Of a stretch of 64,000 bases of DNA, positions 13,846 to 27,415 are shown piece after piece; position 1 is the first letter of the stretch, and every line of letters begins with the position of its first letter. Location: NCBI RefSeq assembly GCF_001194135.2, contig NC_068984.1:115514074-115578073 (forward strand), read 5' to 3'. This DNA comes from Octopus bimaculoides (lineage: Eukaryota). The translations under genes and the position numbers were made by a program. The notes under the pieces are model-generated. The model made no database searches. It saw nothing but the letters and a program-made list of their open reading frames with translations, and was not told the DNA's origin.

Positions 13846-14564
13846 TATTGCTGCTACTAATTTATAGATTCGGATGAGCTGAAGATCAAAATCTAATCTG
13901 GCAGTATTTAGAGAAACGTCCAGACGAAAACATAGAGTGTCTCATAGTTATACGACACAAATGATTAGTTCAAGGCTAAACACTGTTATTAACAGAGGTA
14001 CGTGCGCTCATCATTTTGATACACCCTGTAAAACGTTGCATATTTTTCAACTCAGAGGTTTACTGAAGCAAATGAATAATAACTTCTCACATTCGATCAG
14101 ATAACAGTTGAAAGGAAGGAGTATGGTCGATTGAAGTAAACTAGTTATGATCGGTTATGATTGAGTGCGGAGTTTCACAATGTAAAATCAACACTGGAAA
14201 TATTTGAATCTAGAAGAGGGTCAATCGATTACATTGACTGGTACTTATTTTATCGACCCCGAAGGATGAAAGGTAAAGTCGACCACGGCAGAATTTGAAC
14301 TCAGAACGTAAAGCCAGAAGAAATGCTGCTAAGTAATTTTCCCGACGCGCTAACAATTTTGCCAGCTCACTGCCTTATATTGATATTTAACGATATCATA
14401 TTTTCATAGGATGAAAATAAGTAAATAAATAAATAAATAAAACGTCCCATATCCATTACGGGTCATCAAGAAAAAGAAACGCTTATGTTGTACTTTAATT
14501 TTTCGACGCCGCATGAGATGACAGGCAAAATTGATTTCGAACGGATTTGAACTAAGAATGTATG

Positions 14565-14978
14565 GTAAGCAGCTTGCTTACCAACCGCATGGTTCCGGGT
14601 TCAGTCCCACTGCGTGGCACCTAGGGCAAGTGTTTTCTACTATAGCCTCGGGCCGACCAAAGCCTTGTGAGTGGATTTGGTAGACGGAAACTGAAAGAAA
14701 CGAGTCGTATATATGTGTGTGTGTGTGTGTGTGTNNNNNNNNNNNNNNNNNNNNNNNNNNNNNNNNNNNNNNNNNNNNNNNNNNCCACCACCATCGCTTG
14801 ACAACCGACGCTGGTGTGTTTACGTCCCCGTAACTTAGCGGTTCGGCAAAAAGAGACCGATAGAATATGTACTAGGCTTACAAAGAATAAGTCCTGGGGT
14901 CGATTTGCTCGACTAAAGGCGGTACTCCAGCATGGCCACAGTCAAATGACTGAAACAAGTAAAAGAGTAAAATGAGAG
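14565..14978 (+). mobile_element. SINE family A, near-complete CpG-intact copy
   Basis: Head ggtaagcagcttgcttaccaaccgcatggttccgggttcagtcccactgcg with a B-box-like GGTTC motif, a (TG)n centre with a gap, and a tail ending aagtaaaagagtaaaa. Confidence 0.8.
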
Positions 14979-15254
14979 TAACCGTAGCAAAATACTTCTA
15001 GGCTAAGTGCCGTCGCTCTAACAATTCAGATAATCCACCAACCTAATTAGATACGCAATAATGAGATCCCGAAGATCATTAAATTGTCTAAACTTTTTCT
15101 CACAAAATGTTTCTGTACGCATTTACAAAGAAATTGTAAATCTCTCTCACACTGCTCCCCTTCTTCCCCCTCTCTCTTCTTCCCACCCCTTGATAAAAAA
15201 TCTGTGCCAATACGATACACAATCGTTGATATAAAATCGTCTTCTTAATTACAT

Positions 15255-15645
15255 GTTTCAAATTTCGGCACAAGGCCAGCAATTTCAGGCGACAGGGTAT
15301 AAGTCGATTACATCGACCCCAGTGCTCAGCTAATACTTATTTCATCGAATCTGAAAGGATGAAATACACAGTCGTCCGAGGCGGAATTTACACTCAGAAC
15401 GTAAAGGCGGATGAAATACCTATTTCTTTACTGCCCACAAGGGGCTACACAGAGGGGACAAACAAGAACAGACAAACGGATTAAGTCGATTACATCGACC
15501 CCAGTGCGTAACTGGTACTTAATTTATCGACCCCGAAAGGATGAAAGGCAAAGTCGACCTCGGCGGAATTTGAACTCAGAACGCAGTGGCAGACGAAATA
15601 CCGCTAAACATTTCGCCCGGTGTGCTAACGTTTCTGCCAGCTAAG
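15255..15645 (-). mobile_element. Two adjacent family B copies
   Basis: Reverse-complement matches to 7320-7490 and 35735-35915; CpGs are retained. Confidence 0.75.
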
Positions 15646-18267
15646 CATAACACTTCCATGAAAAGCAATGTGATATCTGGTATAAGTGACTTCTACGAGA
15701 GCCTCGGACGGATTTAATAGGTGGAAACTGAAAGAAGCATGTCTCGCGTGCGCGTTTGTGAATGCGAGTGCGCGTATATTTTTCTGTCATATGCCTTTTT
15801 ACTAACTGCGCTGGTTTGTCTGTAACCATAAATTAACGGTTTGGTATGTCACCGATAGAATACCAGATTTTACAAAAATTAAAAAGTACTGGAGTCGATT
15901 TGTTCGACTCAACCCTACAAAGGTGGTGCCCTAGCATGGCAGTAGGACAATAACTGAAACGAGTAAAAGACAAAAAGAAAAATTTGTTGACTTACAATAT
16001 TTGGTATTGTTTTCTCCAATGTTTAAAATGCTGTAATTATTCTCATAACTTTCCCTTTTGTACATTTAATTCTGAACTGACTCATGCTTGTGGAAGTGAT
16101 TATCAAAAAATGGGGAATAGTAGCAGCGAAACAACAATTGGAGACGTGTGATATACGGTTCCTTGTCTAAGGGAAGTAACTCTAATGATTCTAACAAAAA
16201 TTAAAATTTACTTTAGAGTTACCTACCTTTACATTAGCGTATACGTTCGTGAAACGTAAACTTTTTTTTCTTTTCTTTTTTTGTGAATTCTTTGTTACAA
16301 CATATTTAGCAACGGTGTAAATGCTACTAATTTTTTTTAGTAGAAACTATATCAGTAATTCTCAAACAGGGTACAGAAGATTTAATATATATAATGTAGG
16401 GTTGTAGAAAATCCATACTAGAAACGTGACTGTCGTGAAAGTAGAATTATTCATAATTTTGTTGTCCACACAAGTATCATTGTTCTCAAATTTTGGCACA
16501 ATGCTAGCAAGTTCGGGTAGGGAAAAAATCGATTACATCAGTTATTTATTTTACCGACCCCAAAAGAATGAAAGGCAAAGTTAACATTGGTAGCATTTGA
16601 ACTCAGAACGTAAAGACGAACGAAATGCTACAAAGCATTTCGCCCTGCGTGCTAACAATTCTGCCAGCTCACCGCCTTCCATATACGTATTATTAAATAT
16701 TCTTTTCCACTCTAGGCACAAGGCCCTAAATTTTGGAGGAGGGGCCAGTCGATTAGATTGACTCCTCCAGTCCGCGATTGGTACTTAATTTGTCGACCCC
16801 GAAAGGATGAAAGACGAAGTTGACCTAAGCGAAAGTATGAAATTTTTTTTTTTAATGGATTCTTAAATGTTTTTTTTTTTAAGTTCAAAACACTGTTTCT
16901 TATTTCAATGAGACACTAATTTTAACTTTCCATGCGAAGTGTACCTTAATTTTTTCTTTAATCCCTGTAAGCCACAGTCAAAAATATTGAGTGAAGCTCG
17001 ATTTAGAGCAGTGACTCCCAAACTTTTTCTCAAAGCTAAGAATCACAGTAAAATTAAATCATGCTTCCATACATGGATCAACAAAGGAGCCTTTAACTGA
17101 TCAATGAACTTGTTAGATAAGAGCTATATCTCTCCTATTTACGTATCCACGGAATGGTAGTGATATTATGTTCAAGACGAAGGGTGTAACAAGTAGAATT
17201 TCACAACACAAGCACGTCAGGGCCATTAAACTTAAATACCACTGAAAAATGCTAACGTAATGAAGCTATCTCAAAGTATAACATCCAGAGACTATATAGC
17301 TAAAGTATAAAGTATAAAATCCAAGTAAAGACTGTATATAACTAAAGTGACTACTGTTTGTGCAACTTTTCAACATTCGAATGTCAACTTCACATATTCT
17401 CATCATTCAAGAACTAAGCTGAACTGACATCTCCACATGATTCTAAATTGTTTAAGGATTAAAACATTCTATTGAGAAATATCAGCTTTGATTAAGTTGT
17501 CAGTGCTTATACAACTAAAGATGGCATTGATTTATTATTAATTATAATATTAACGAGTGCATGACATAAAAGATGTTCCAATAAATTTATTAAAGATACA
17601 TCAGAAACTCGTTTATAAATGTCATTATTACATGATTTGATTTGTAAAATGCCAAGCTGACAGAATCGTTAGTGCGCCAGACAAAAATGCTTAGCGGCAT
17701 TTCGTCCATCTTTAGTTCTGAGTTAAAATTCCGGCACGATCGATTTTGCCTTCTGTCCTGACAAGGTCGATAAAATAAGTACCAGTTGAGTAGTGGAGTC
17801 AATGTTATCGACTAACTTCTCCCCCGAAAATTTCAAATCTCGTGCCTATGGTAGCAAGGATTCTGACATTATTTGTACCCCTTTATCTTAGCGACATAAC
17901 GCAGATCCTTCTGGACATTTGCAACTCTGCTCCCTCCTTCATAACAACAGTAGTATTTAGAGCTAACTCCAGTGAAACACTGCCCTAAGTTCAGCATTTC
18001 GTTTACGACTGATCTTGAGTTTTATAATGATCAACATTATTCCAGAAATAAAAGTATCCATTATTTAAGTTATCAAGTGCAATTCAGACGACAGTACTTT
18101 GAAGTTGTATTCCTTCGCCAGGAAGGACTTCTAAGGCTAGAAGAAATGTGTGTGTGTGTGTGTGTGAATTATGCATCCCTTTCTCCCTCCACAGATAGAC
18201 AATCTGACCCCCTCCCAACCATTCACTCAGCAGAACATCCATGTGAAAGATGGAGAGAGAGAGTGAG

Positions 18268-18352
<85 letters not shown>

Positions 18353-18623
18353 NNNNNNNNNNNNNNNNNNNNNNNNNNNNNNNNNNNNNNNNNNNNNNNN
18401 NNNNNNNNNNNNNNNNGTAAAAAGAAGTCGTCTGCTCAAGGACCTAAGAAAATCTGCCAAGATAAGTGCACACTGAAAACACATTCTACAATTGGGAAGT
18501 CAAATTAAATTATAAATAAAGGAATAGACAGGTTTTCAAATTGATTATTTTTTTACCGATTTCATATATGCATGGAGGTTTATATTAATAAACGCATATA
18601 CACATAATTCTGTTGTACATATG

Positions 18624-18662
<39 letters not shown>

Positions 18663-19077
18663 CTATTGGAAGATCTGTGTATTGGTAGATATGTGTACAT
18701 TTGTATTGCTGGATCTGTGAAAATATAATCCACTTCCTCAGCTATTTAAGCCATTTTGGATTTTGAAGAAGGATTTCTCAAATAAGTAGAACAAGATAAT
18801 AAATTATGTAAAATTAGGCAACTTTTTTTCAGTCTTTATTTGCTTAACATGCATTTTATAAAAAAAATAACATGGAAATGGAAAAATAAACACATCCACA
18901 AAAATTATACTGAACGACTTAATAATCTGTAGTCTTTTATTGTTTTTAATGAAAAAAAAATCAATGCAAGGATGCTAAAATTAATAGCAGTTCTTAAATT
19001 ACAAATTATTGCACAAAAATGACTTGATCAAAAGAATTATAGCGTAAATTAAAAGAATTGACCTCTTCTTGGAATCA

Positions 19078-19300
19078 TCATCATCATCAACATTTTTTAA
19101 TATCCATCTTCTATGCTGGCATGGGTTGGACGATTTGACAAGATAAAACAGATCCAAGGATTGCATTGTGCTTCCAATGTCTGCTTTGGCATGGTTTCTA
19201 TGGTTTAATGCCTTTTCCAATGTCGAACAGTTTACAGAGTATATACTTGGTGCTTTTTTTCATGGCACCAGCTATTGTGAAGTAACCATGTGACTCAGAA
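19078..19300 (-). mobile_element. LINE-tail-like repeat family C with (GAT)n tail
   Basis: Reverse complement of the 3' part of 23640-24050. Confidence 0.65.
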
Positions 19301-19544
19301 GACTAAGATCCTCTTTGACTGAGGATGGGTGAGTGTTTACAGAAGAGCTGGAAACAAATTCAGAGGAAGAGAAAACCACCTCAAAAGGGTTTGTCAAACA
19401 ACCCCAATATTTTTTTTTAGTCTGACACTTATTCTGTTGGTATCTTTTTTTAGCGTAATACATAAGTTACAAGGATGTAAACAAACCAACACTGTTTGTC
19501 AAGTGGTAGTGGCAAACACATATGTATTCAGCTATCACTATCTC

Positions 19545-19584
<40 letters not shown>

Positions 19585-20819
19585 CACTAGCTGACGTACC
19601 CAGTAATTCCAGGGAAAGCAGGGATTACCCCTTAGTTCCATTCTCATAATTGTTTTGCTAATCCAATAACAACAAAATAAAGTATGTAGCCCTTAAAACG
19701 GTTTTTGTATATTTACAGAGTATACTGAACTGTCTTACACAGAATCTTGTTTTTAGGAATTCACAATAAGTTATGAATACCCAAATCGTGAAGTGAGTTA
19801 TGTAATAGCATGAAATTAGTTACTTGATAGTAAGAACTCAAATAAAGTAGCCATGAAAAGGGCTTTAATGCGTTCCCAGAGTATGTAGAACATAAGAGGG
19901 AAATACTAATAAGGCATGTATACTAAAATTGTGAAGCATGTTATGTGAAAACAGGCTAATCAGATATGAGATAATAACAATTCAAAGTGTCAAATGACTG
20001 AAACAAGTAAAAGATAAAAGATAAACAATAGTTTTATAGCAATTTTCAGTAACAGGTTTTGTGAAGATAAGAAGGAACAGGTGTAATATTTAGAAGTAGC
20101 ATACGGCAGTATACATCCCAGAAAATAGGTGTCATTAATATATACTGTATGAACATAGTCACCAATGAATTACAAACATTCTTAGGCCACTGCCATAAAA
20201 ATCAAAACAAAAACATTTTAGTAGCTAACATATTAGAACCATGAGCCAAAGGGGGTGACTCTATATGGTCATTTGGCTTGCTAGAAATAACAGCCAAATC
20301 TACTTCATATCTCACCCCACTATCTAAGAAAAGGACATACTGGGTAATGTCAGCATGGATTCTTTGCACTAAGAAAAACAGAGAGGATCAGACAGATGGA
20401 AAGCCATTGATCAAAGTTCTGATCCATCAAGCCTGACAAGGGCTATACAACAACAACAACAATTATTGCACCACCATCAATTTGTCTTAATAGGTAACAA
20501 AAATATACAAGATTAGGAACTGATGATGGGTCCACTGACTGTAAAATGTTGGTAAATGAAGATTTGGTAATCAAATGAGTGGAATTTTTTACTTAAAATG
20601 GAATCCTACATGTGTATATATGTATATAATGCATCGATTGCCATTTCTGTTTCCTAATACAGGAACATATTAACAAAGAGAATAAATTTAACAGCTGTTT
20701 AGAGATTAGGGATGGATTTCTGGCCCTGGATAAGAAATCTACTTCAGGGAAGAATGTGTAGTTGTAGACACTGTTAGAAAAGACTGCTTGAACTTAACAC
20801 TTGAGAAAAGTTAGATTGA

Positions 20820-21215
20820 GAGTAGTTGTGGATTGTTGTTGAGAAGAGAGCTGTGAGGAGCTTAGCTGAGCGTTACTGGTGAATAGAGAACATGAGTGTA
20901 GTTGTATATTGTTGAGGTCAATGTAGTTGTATATTGTGGGTGAGTTGAGGAGTCCAGCTGTGTATTGTTGACAGGTAGAGGTAATGATTGTGTATTAAGA
21001 TGAGATGAGTGTAGTTATGTAATGCTGGTGAGTAGAGGAGTCCAGCTGTGTATTGTTGATGGGTAGAGGTAATGAGTGTGTATTAAGATGAGATGAGTGT
21101 AGTTATGTAATGTTGGTGAGTAGAGAAGAGGAGTTTAGCTGCATACTGTCGGTGAGTAAAGAAGGTGATTTTAGCTGTATATTGTTGATGAGTAAAGATA
21201 TGTTTAGCTGTGTAT
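20820..21215. repeat. Degenerate minisatellite (~29-30 bp subunits, 88-bp higher-order duplication) just 3' of the HMG gene stop codon
   Basis: gaggagtccagctgtgtattgttg at 20947 and 21035 (period 88); the core agctgtgtattgttg recurs throughout. Confidence 0.75.
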
Positions 21216-21311
21216 CATTCATATATAATTATAATTAGTTTTAAAACAGGATTAACAAGGTCTTATTAAATATCATATAAAATAATAGTCAAATGAGAGA
21301 AATAAAATGAA

Positions 21312-21687
21312 TTAATTAAAAGCAATTTGGTTACAAGAATCTACCGAAGGTTGAAACAGGGAGTCCAGAAGTGGATATTCAGTATTCATTTGTAATTCCC
21401 AACTCATTTCAGGTGGTAAATATGTTTTATTTCCATGTAGAATTACATCACTGCTGCTGTTGATGGGAAATTCTGATGCCATTGCTGTAGCATTGAATGA
21501 AGATACAGCTTCATCTATTATCAGTCTATCTTCAAAGACATCACTATCATCATTCTCATTCTTCTTCTTATTATTATTATTATCATTACCATTGTAATCT
21601 TTCTCATGAGACAGCTTCTCTTCTTTAGATTTGGTTCTTTTGTTGTTGTTTTTCAGTTTGCTTTTACATTTATGGCATTTTGAGTTT
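21312..21687 (-). CDS. HMG-box gene, coding exon 7 (putative terminal)
   Basis: Acceptor ttctttccattttcattag; phase 2 matches exon 6. Reads NSKCHKCKSK...QIAFN*, with the stop at 21314-21312. Confidence 0.7.
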
Positions 21688-23073
21688 CTAATGAAAATGG
21701 AAAGAAAGATGGTTCTGATCAAAAGAAATGATACTAGTTCAAAGTGATTAGTCTAAAACAAAGAAATATAGTTCTGTAAAAAATGGTTTTAGCCTCAAAA
21801 AAATACATTTCTAGTATAAAGATATTTTCTTGTAGAAGGATACATGGTTATAAAACAAAGTGCTAGAAGAACAAAATGGTTCTAGCACAAAGAATTATGA
21901 TTCTAAAACAAAAGCTATGGTTAATTCTAGGACAGGCATGGATAACCTTTTTCAAGAAGCAGGTTGCATGATGTGTGACTTATCATCAAGTAGACTGCAC
22001 CACTAAAAACATTTTAGGTAATCTTTTTTTTAGACATGCCATTCATAAATTCCTGCAAGCTGTATGTAGCCTGCAAGTTGCCCGTAAGTGTTATCAAGGA
22101 AATATATGATCCTAGCACATATAATTATAGTTCTAAAACAGAAAAAATATGTGCAATGTTAGTACCAGTTCGAATATACCAGTGGCACGTTCGGACTCGT
22201 AAACAAGCCATTCACTGTATTTTGTCATGGAGAAAATTTCTCACTGTAGACAAATAGAGTAAATACACCAAAATCAGCTTGCAGCGCCACCTATCCAGAC
22301 TGTGAGATGCAAGCATTTTGGAGTGGTTATCTCCTCTTCAGTCACAGAAACTGAATGGTAGTGATGCAAGCTGATAAGAGAGACAATCTCTCCTATGTTA
22401 TTCCAGTCATCATATGTAAGCTGGTAACACAAATAGGCAGCCCACATCATTAAAAAAATATGGTTGTAGAGTAAAGAAATATAGTTTCTATTATTAAGAA
22501 ATATGGTTACAGTAATAAAAAAAAATTGTTTATGTTCAAAGAAATATTGTTCTTGTCCAAAGAAATAAACTATTTGCAAGCGAACTTATTTCTGTCTTGC
22601 ATATTTTTCTCCAAATATCTTTGAGGCCTTTAATTCCAATGCAACCTCAAGTTGGCTCTGACCAAACAGGCCTACATTAACTTAAGGAAAAAAGTATGGT
22701 CAAGGTTAAAATGACTTTAATTTTAGGTCTGTTCAATTAAAGTTGACCTGGGTTTGAACATTTTGAAACAGCAGTTTGATTTTCCTCAAATTGTACCCCA
22801 TCATCTTCATTGAACAAATTTAGTTCTAGATATACAAAATAAGACAGTCCAGCTTTGGATAAAAAGACCTATAACCAAAGATATTAACAAGTGGAAACAT
22901 CTTTTTTTTTTATATAGTAGGCCTGTTTGGTCAGAGCCAACTCAGGGTTAAAAAGCAACATCTTAATATATCCAGGATATCAAATTTTTTTACATTGTTA
23001 TTGGTCTGACTGGCTGAAAGCTGGAATGTAAGCCATCACTCAAGTTCAATGTAGAAACGGAATATTAACTTAC

Positions 23074-23156
23074 TTTACATTCTCTTTGCATCTTGGAATA
23101 CGTTTCTTCGACATTATTTTCTTCTTAGTGGGAATGTCATCAAATATGTCCAAAAC
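23074..23156 (-). CDS. HMG-box gene, coding exon 6 (83 nt)
   Basis: Acceptor tgtttatatcttag, donor AA|GTAAGT; open frame VLDIFDDIPTKKKIMSKKRIPRCKENV. Phase 0 in and phase 2 out bridge exons 5 and 7. Confidence 0.75.
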
Positions 23157-23639
23157 CTAAGATATAAACATACAAGCATCCGTATTAATCAGTCACTGGT
23201 AAAGAGAGATTGCTTTGCTTGTTTCTTCGTTTGTGTGTGTGTGTGCGCACATGCATCCGCATGCACTCACATGTGCAAGCATGCCTCTCTGTTTCTGAAG
23301 ATATTCACCCACTGAAATATTACTATACCGACGTTATTCTTGTATCAAAATGATTTTATTTTATATGTCAACGATTTACTAAGGGTAGTCTTCGGCAGAT
23401 TGATACTAAATGGGTCAAGGGGTTACTGCAAGGGTGAGTACATTAGCTAAGCAATTACATTATGATTAGACGGTGAATTATCTCATGAAGGTCAGTTTTG
23501 CCTTTGGTCCTTATGGGGTTGATAAAATGAAGTACCAGTCAAGTAATAGGGTCAATGTCATCAGCTAGTCCCCACCCAACAAATTTCAGACCTCGTGTTT
23601 ATAGCAGAAAGAATTTCAGTGGAGCACTAACAGCACTGT

Positions 23640-24050
23640 CCGAGTGTGTTCATTGCCAGAGCAGCTGTCTGGCTTCCATGCCAGTGGCATGTAAATAGCA
23701 CCATTTGAGCGTAATCATTACCAGCGTCGCCTTCTAGCACTTGTGCTGGTGACACGTTAGAAAATCATTCGAGCGAGGTCGTTGCCAGTGCTGCTGGACT
23801 GGCTCCTGTGCAGGTGGCACGTAAAAAACACCATTTTGAGCGTGGCTGTTGCCACTGGCCCTCGTGCCGGTGGCATATAAAAGCACCCACTACACTCTCG
23901 GAGTGGTTGGTGTTAGGAAGGGCATCCAGCTGTAGAAACTCTGCCAGATCAGATTGGAGCCTGGTGCAGCCTTCTGGCTTACCAGTCCTCAGTCAAATCG
24001 TCCAACCCATGCTAGTATGGAAAGCGAACGTTAAACAATGATGATGATGA
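23640..24050 (+). mobile_element. LINE-tail-like repeat family C (RTE-type 3' end or derived SINE) with (GAT)n tail
   Basis: ...gagtggttggtgttaggaagggcatccagctgtagaaac...ccaacccatgctagtatggaaagcgaacgttaaacaatgatgatgatga. Related copies lie at 19078-19300, 33120-33393 and 37215-37620. The RTE assignment is recalled similarity only. Confidence 0.65.
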
Positions 24051-24072
24051 TATATATATATATATACACTCA

Positions 24073-25193
24073 CACAAATGGAAATCAAAAATTATCCGCA
24101 CTTTCACCATAACATATCTCTGTTATAGTCACACTGCCTTCTGTGCATACATGCCTATAGTTGGTACTATTGTGGTCATGTGATCAAAGTTGGTTTATGA
24201 GTGGATCGAGAAGTTTAAAAGTGGTTGGACAAGCGAGACACACAAAGAGGGAGCAAGACGTCCATCGACCTCCGCCACTAACAAGACTTTTCAGCAAGCT
24301 TGAGAAATGGTAATGGTGAACCGGAAAGTTATCGTTGATGAGGTAGCTCATTCTCTGCAGATTTACGATGATTCTGCCTATCAAATCATCCATGAGGAGA
24401 TTGGCTTCCATAAAGTCTGTGCAAAATGGGTGCCAAGAGGGCTTACTGCAGAGCACAAGTGCAAATATCTTGAGGTTTACCAATGTTTACTCAGTCGTTA
24501 CAATGAGGGCGAAGAATTTTTTAGCAGAATAGTCACAGGAGATGAAACATGGGTCCATCATTATGAGGCAGAATCCAAAAGACAGAGCATGGAGTGGAAA
24601 CAGCCTGGCTCAGCAGTGATGAAGAAATTCAATACTCAGTCTTCCACAGGAAAGGTGATGCTAACTGTTTTTTTGGTGGGGACTAAAAAGAGCCTATACG
24701 GGAAGACTACTTGGAAAAGGGGTGTACGATTAACAGTGCAAGATACAGTGCTTTGCTGGCAAATACACTGATGCCAGAAATTTGCACCAAACATCGAAAC
24801 CTATTGTTGAAGAAAGTTTTGCTGCTGCATGACAATGCACACCCACACATGGCCACACAGACTATTGAAACCATTAACCAATTGGGTTTTGGGGTGCTGG
24901 AAAACCCTCCCTACAGCCCAGATCTTACCCCTTCTGACCATCATATCTTTGGACCACTCAAAGATGGTTTATGAGGTCATCAATTTCCTACAGATGAAGA
25001 TGTGAAGGAAGCAGTGGTTGCACAACCAATCAAAAACTTTCTAGGAAGGAATATGCAAGCTTGTGGACTGCTGGACCAAGTGCATGGGGAGGGAAGGAGA
25101 CTAAATAGAAAAATGGCGTACTTCTTTATCCCCTGCTTTTGTGTAAACACATTGAAAAATCAAGAGTGTGTATAATTTTTGACTCTCCCTCAA

Positions 25194-25194
<1 letters not shown>
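24073..25194 (+). mobile_element. Mariner (DD34D) transposon, decayed, both TIRs present
   Basis: RIVTGDETWVHHYEAESKRQSMEWK (24307-24771) and LLHDNAHPH...PPYSPDLTPSDHHIFGPLKDGL (24711-24974), with a frameshift and stops. TIRs: tcaaaaattatccgcac at ~24085 and gtgtataatttttga at ~25168. Confidence 0.92.
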
Positions 25195-25225
<31 letters not shown>

Positions 25226-26497
25226 ATTATATATATAATTATATATATACACATATATATAATTAAATATATATATACATATACACACGCACATAGACAT
25301 TCAGATTTAGTCAAACCATTCAGTGATGGAGTAGTCACTACTAATGAGCTTGTAATCTTTCAGGCAAAACTATATTAGTCTAGTGATCTTAGTATCACTT
25401 ATGGGGCAGTTATCTCCCCGCTCAGTATATAAATATGTGCTTTCTTGCAGCAGAGGGTTTTAACTCTTATTTCTAGCAATATAGGTGCTACCTAGCACCC
25501 TCAGTCAAAATTAGTGGCAATTGAATTTTCACTTTATGGTTTTTATATTGCATATAGCTACCTTCATTATTTCATACACACACACGGATTTCTGTGCATA
25601 TGTGTGCTAATACACTTGGATTGTGTCAAGTTTGTCATATATTACGTTGATTATCATCAATGTGATACTTTAACTATTAATGTGCAACTTCAAATCCTCA
25701 ACTTTACCTTGTTATCCTTTTGGGGTTGATAAATTAAAGTACCACTCAAGTTCTAGGGTTGATGTAATTGACAAAACCACTCCCACTGAAATTGCTGGCC
25801 TTGTGTCAAAATTTGAAACAATTATAAGGTGAATTTTTAGACTCTTTCGAGTGTCAAAAACTATATCATAGTGTATGCATCCCAGATCTTTAAATCCCAC
25901 AGAGGCCAGTTTTGCCTTCCATCCTTTCAGTGTCAATAAACAAAGCGTCAGTCAAGTAGTGAGATTAATTTCTACCACACCCTCTCTCTCTCTCTGTGAA
26001 TCAGCCTTATGAAGGAAATAGAAAGAATCACATCTGCTCAATCATTTCTCATAATTCTGTGGATACAACAAAAAAAGTTCACATTATGCATCTAAATATT
26101 TATATTTCTGTTCAGTGTCTTACTGCAATATCTGTCTGCTCTCCAATAGTGCTAGTAACATAACAGTTTTTCTATGAAAGGAAGCTACTATTCTCCATCC
26201 ACCCAACCTCCACATAACTTTTCTTTATTCCTGGATTAAGGGAGCTGCTTGTGCAACAGAACCAATTCCTAGAAAGAGGGGAAAGCAAACAGATACAGAT
26301 AAGAACTGATCTCAGCACTTGACTGGCATTTTATTTATCAACCCTAGAAAAAATAAAAAGGTAAACTTGACTCTAATAGGATTTGAACTCAGAGCTGACA
26401 GATCCAGAACAAATACTGCAAGGAATTTTACCTAATGCTCTAATAACTCTGCCAATTTGTCATGTTATATCTAAATATACAAGAAATACATAATTAC

Positions 26498-26636
26498 TTT
26501 TTTCTTCCGTTTCTCTGCTGGTCTCAAGCGTGTTGGCATCACTTCTAAAACAACATCCACATCATTTTTCTTATTCGAATACATCCAATCTGGATGCTTC
26601 TTGCGTAAATCTTTCATCTCTGCTTCAAATTTCCGC
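26498..26636 (-). CDS. HMG-box gene, coding exon 5 (HMG helix 3 and basic tail)
   Basis: Acceptor tctgtattttgcatag; CA|G completes Gln; reads RKFEAEMKDLRKKHPDWMYSNKK...EKRKKK; donor AAA|GTAATT in phase 0. Confidence 0.88.
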
Positions 26637-26961
26637 CTATGCAAAATACAGAATATTTTGTTTGTTTTCATGTTTAATTCTTTCAGACAATAACCACATT
26701 CATGATGATGCTGACGATAAAGATATAATCATGCTGTTGATGGCAATTATGATATGATAATGATAATGACACTGATATAATGATGATGATGATGATGATA
26801 GCACAAGTTAACTTGCCCCGGTTTATCTTTGGATCATGTCAATAGGATCCTGGAGAAGGTCTTTGAGGTGTTATGCAAGCCTTATTGGACCTGAAATTTT
26901 GCATGGGCAACAGTCAGTAATGGTACTCCTCAGTCACAAGCATCATATATGTATACATATA

Positions 26962-27182
26962 TATGAGAGGGTGCAGAAAAGTTCCTGGCTCTGGGTAAAA
27001 GAAAATACAGGAGGATCAGCAAATTATGATTTTATTCAACATATTCCCCTCTCAGATGCACACACTTATTGTAGTGGGCCTTCAGTTTTTCTAAGCCCTG
27101 TAAAAGAACACGGAACACTGCACATCCAACCAGGCCTTTTGCTATACCCTTAAAGCCAGGAACTTGTTGGTACCCCTTCATA
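26962..27182 (+). mobile_element. Mariner-derived MITE, TA-flanked
   Basis: TIRs tatgagagggtgcagaaaagttcctggc and gccaggaacttgttggtaccccttcata. Confidence 0.75.
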
Positions 27183-27415
27183 TGTGTGTGTGTAATACAT
27201 ATTTGTATACACATATACATTTAAATATATATAAATATATGATAATATTAAACAAGAATGAGTGCTCAATACCGCATTAATGGATAAAAATTTTATTCAT
27301 GGGTCTTTTAATCCAAGATGGAGATGAACACCTATGTTCCATGAGGTAGGCTAGATGATTAAGAGACCACTCTTAACATGAAACCAATGGTAGCCTTTAC
27401 ACACATCTATGCACA

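Noticed and set aside
20820-21215. CRISPR-like reading of the spaced repeats
   Set aside because: Eukaryotic context, degenerate units without unique spacers, and no cas genes.
22036-22257. Plus-strand ORF containing LYVACK, resembling the RB-family LYVACRK motif
   Set aside because: Wrong strand and side for the RBL gene, no further similarity and no supporting splice sites; treated as chance.
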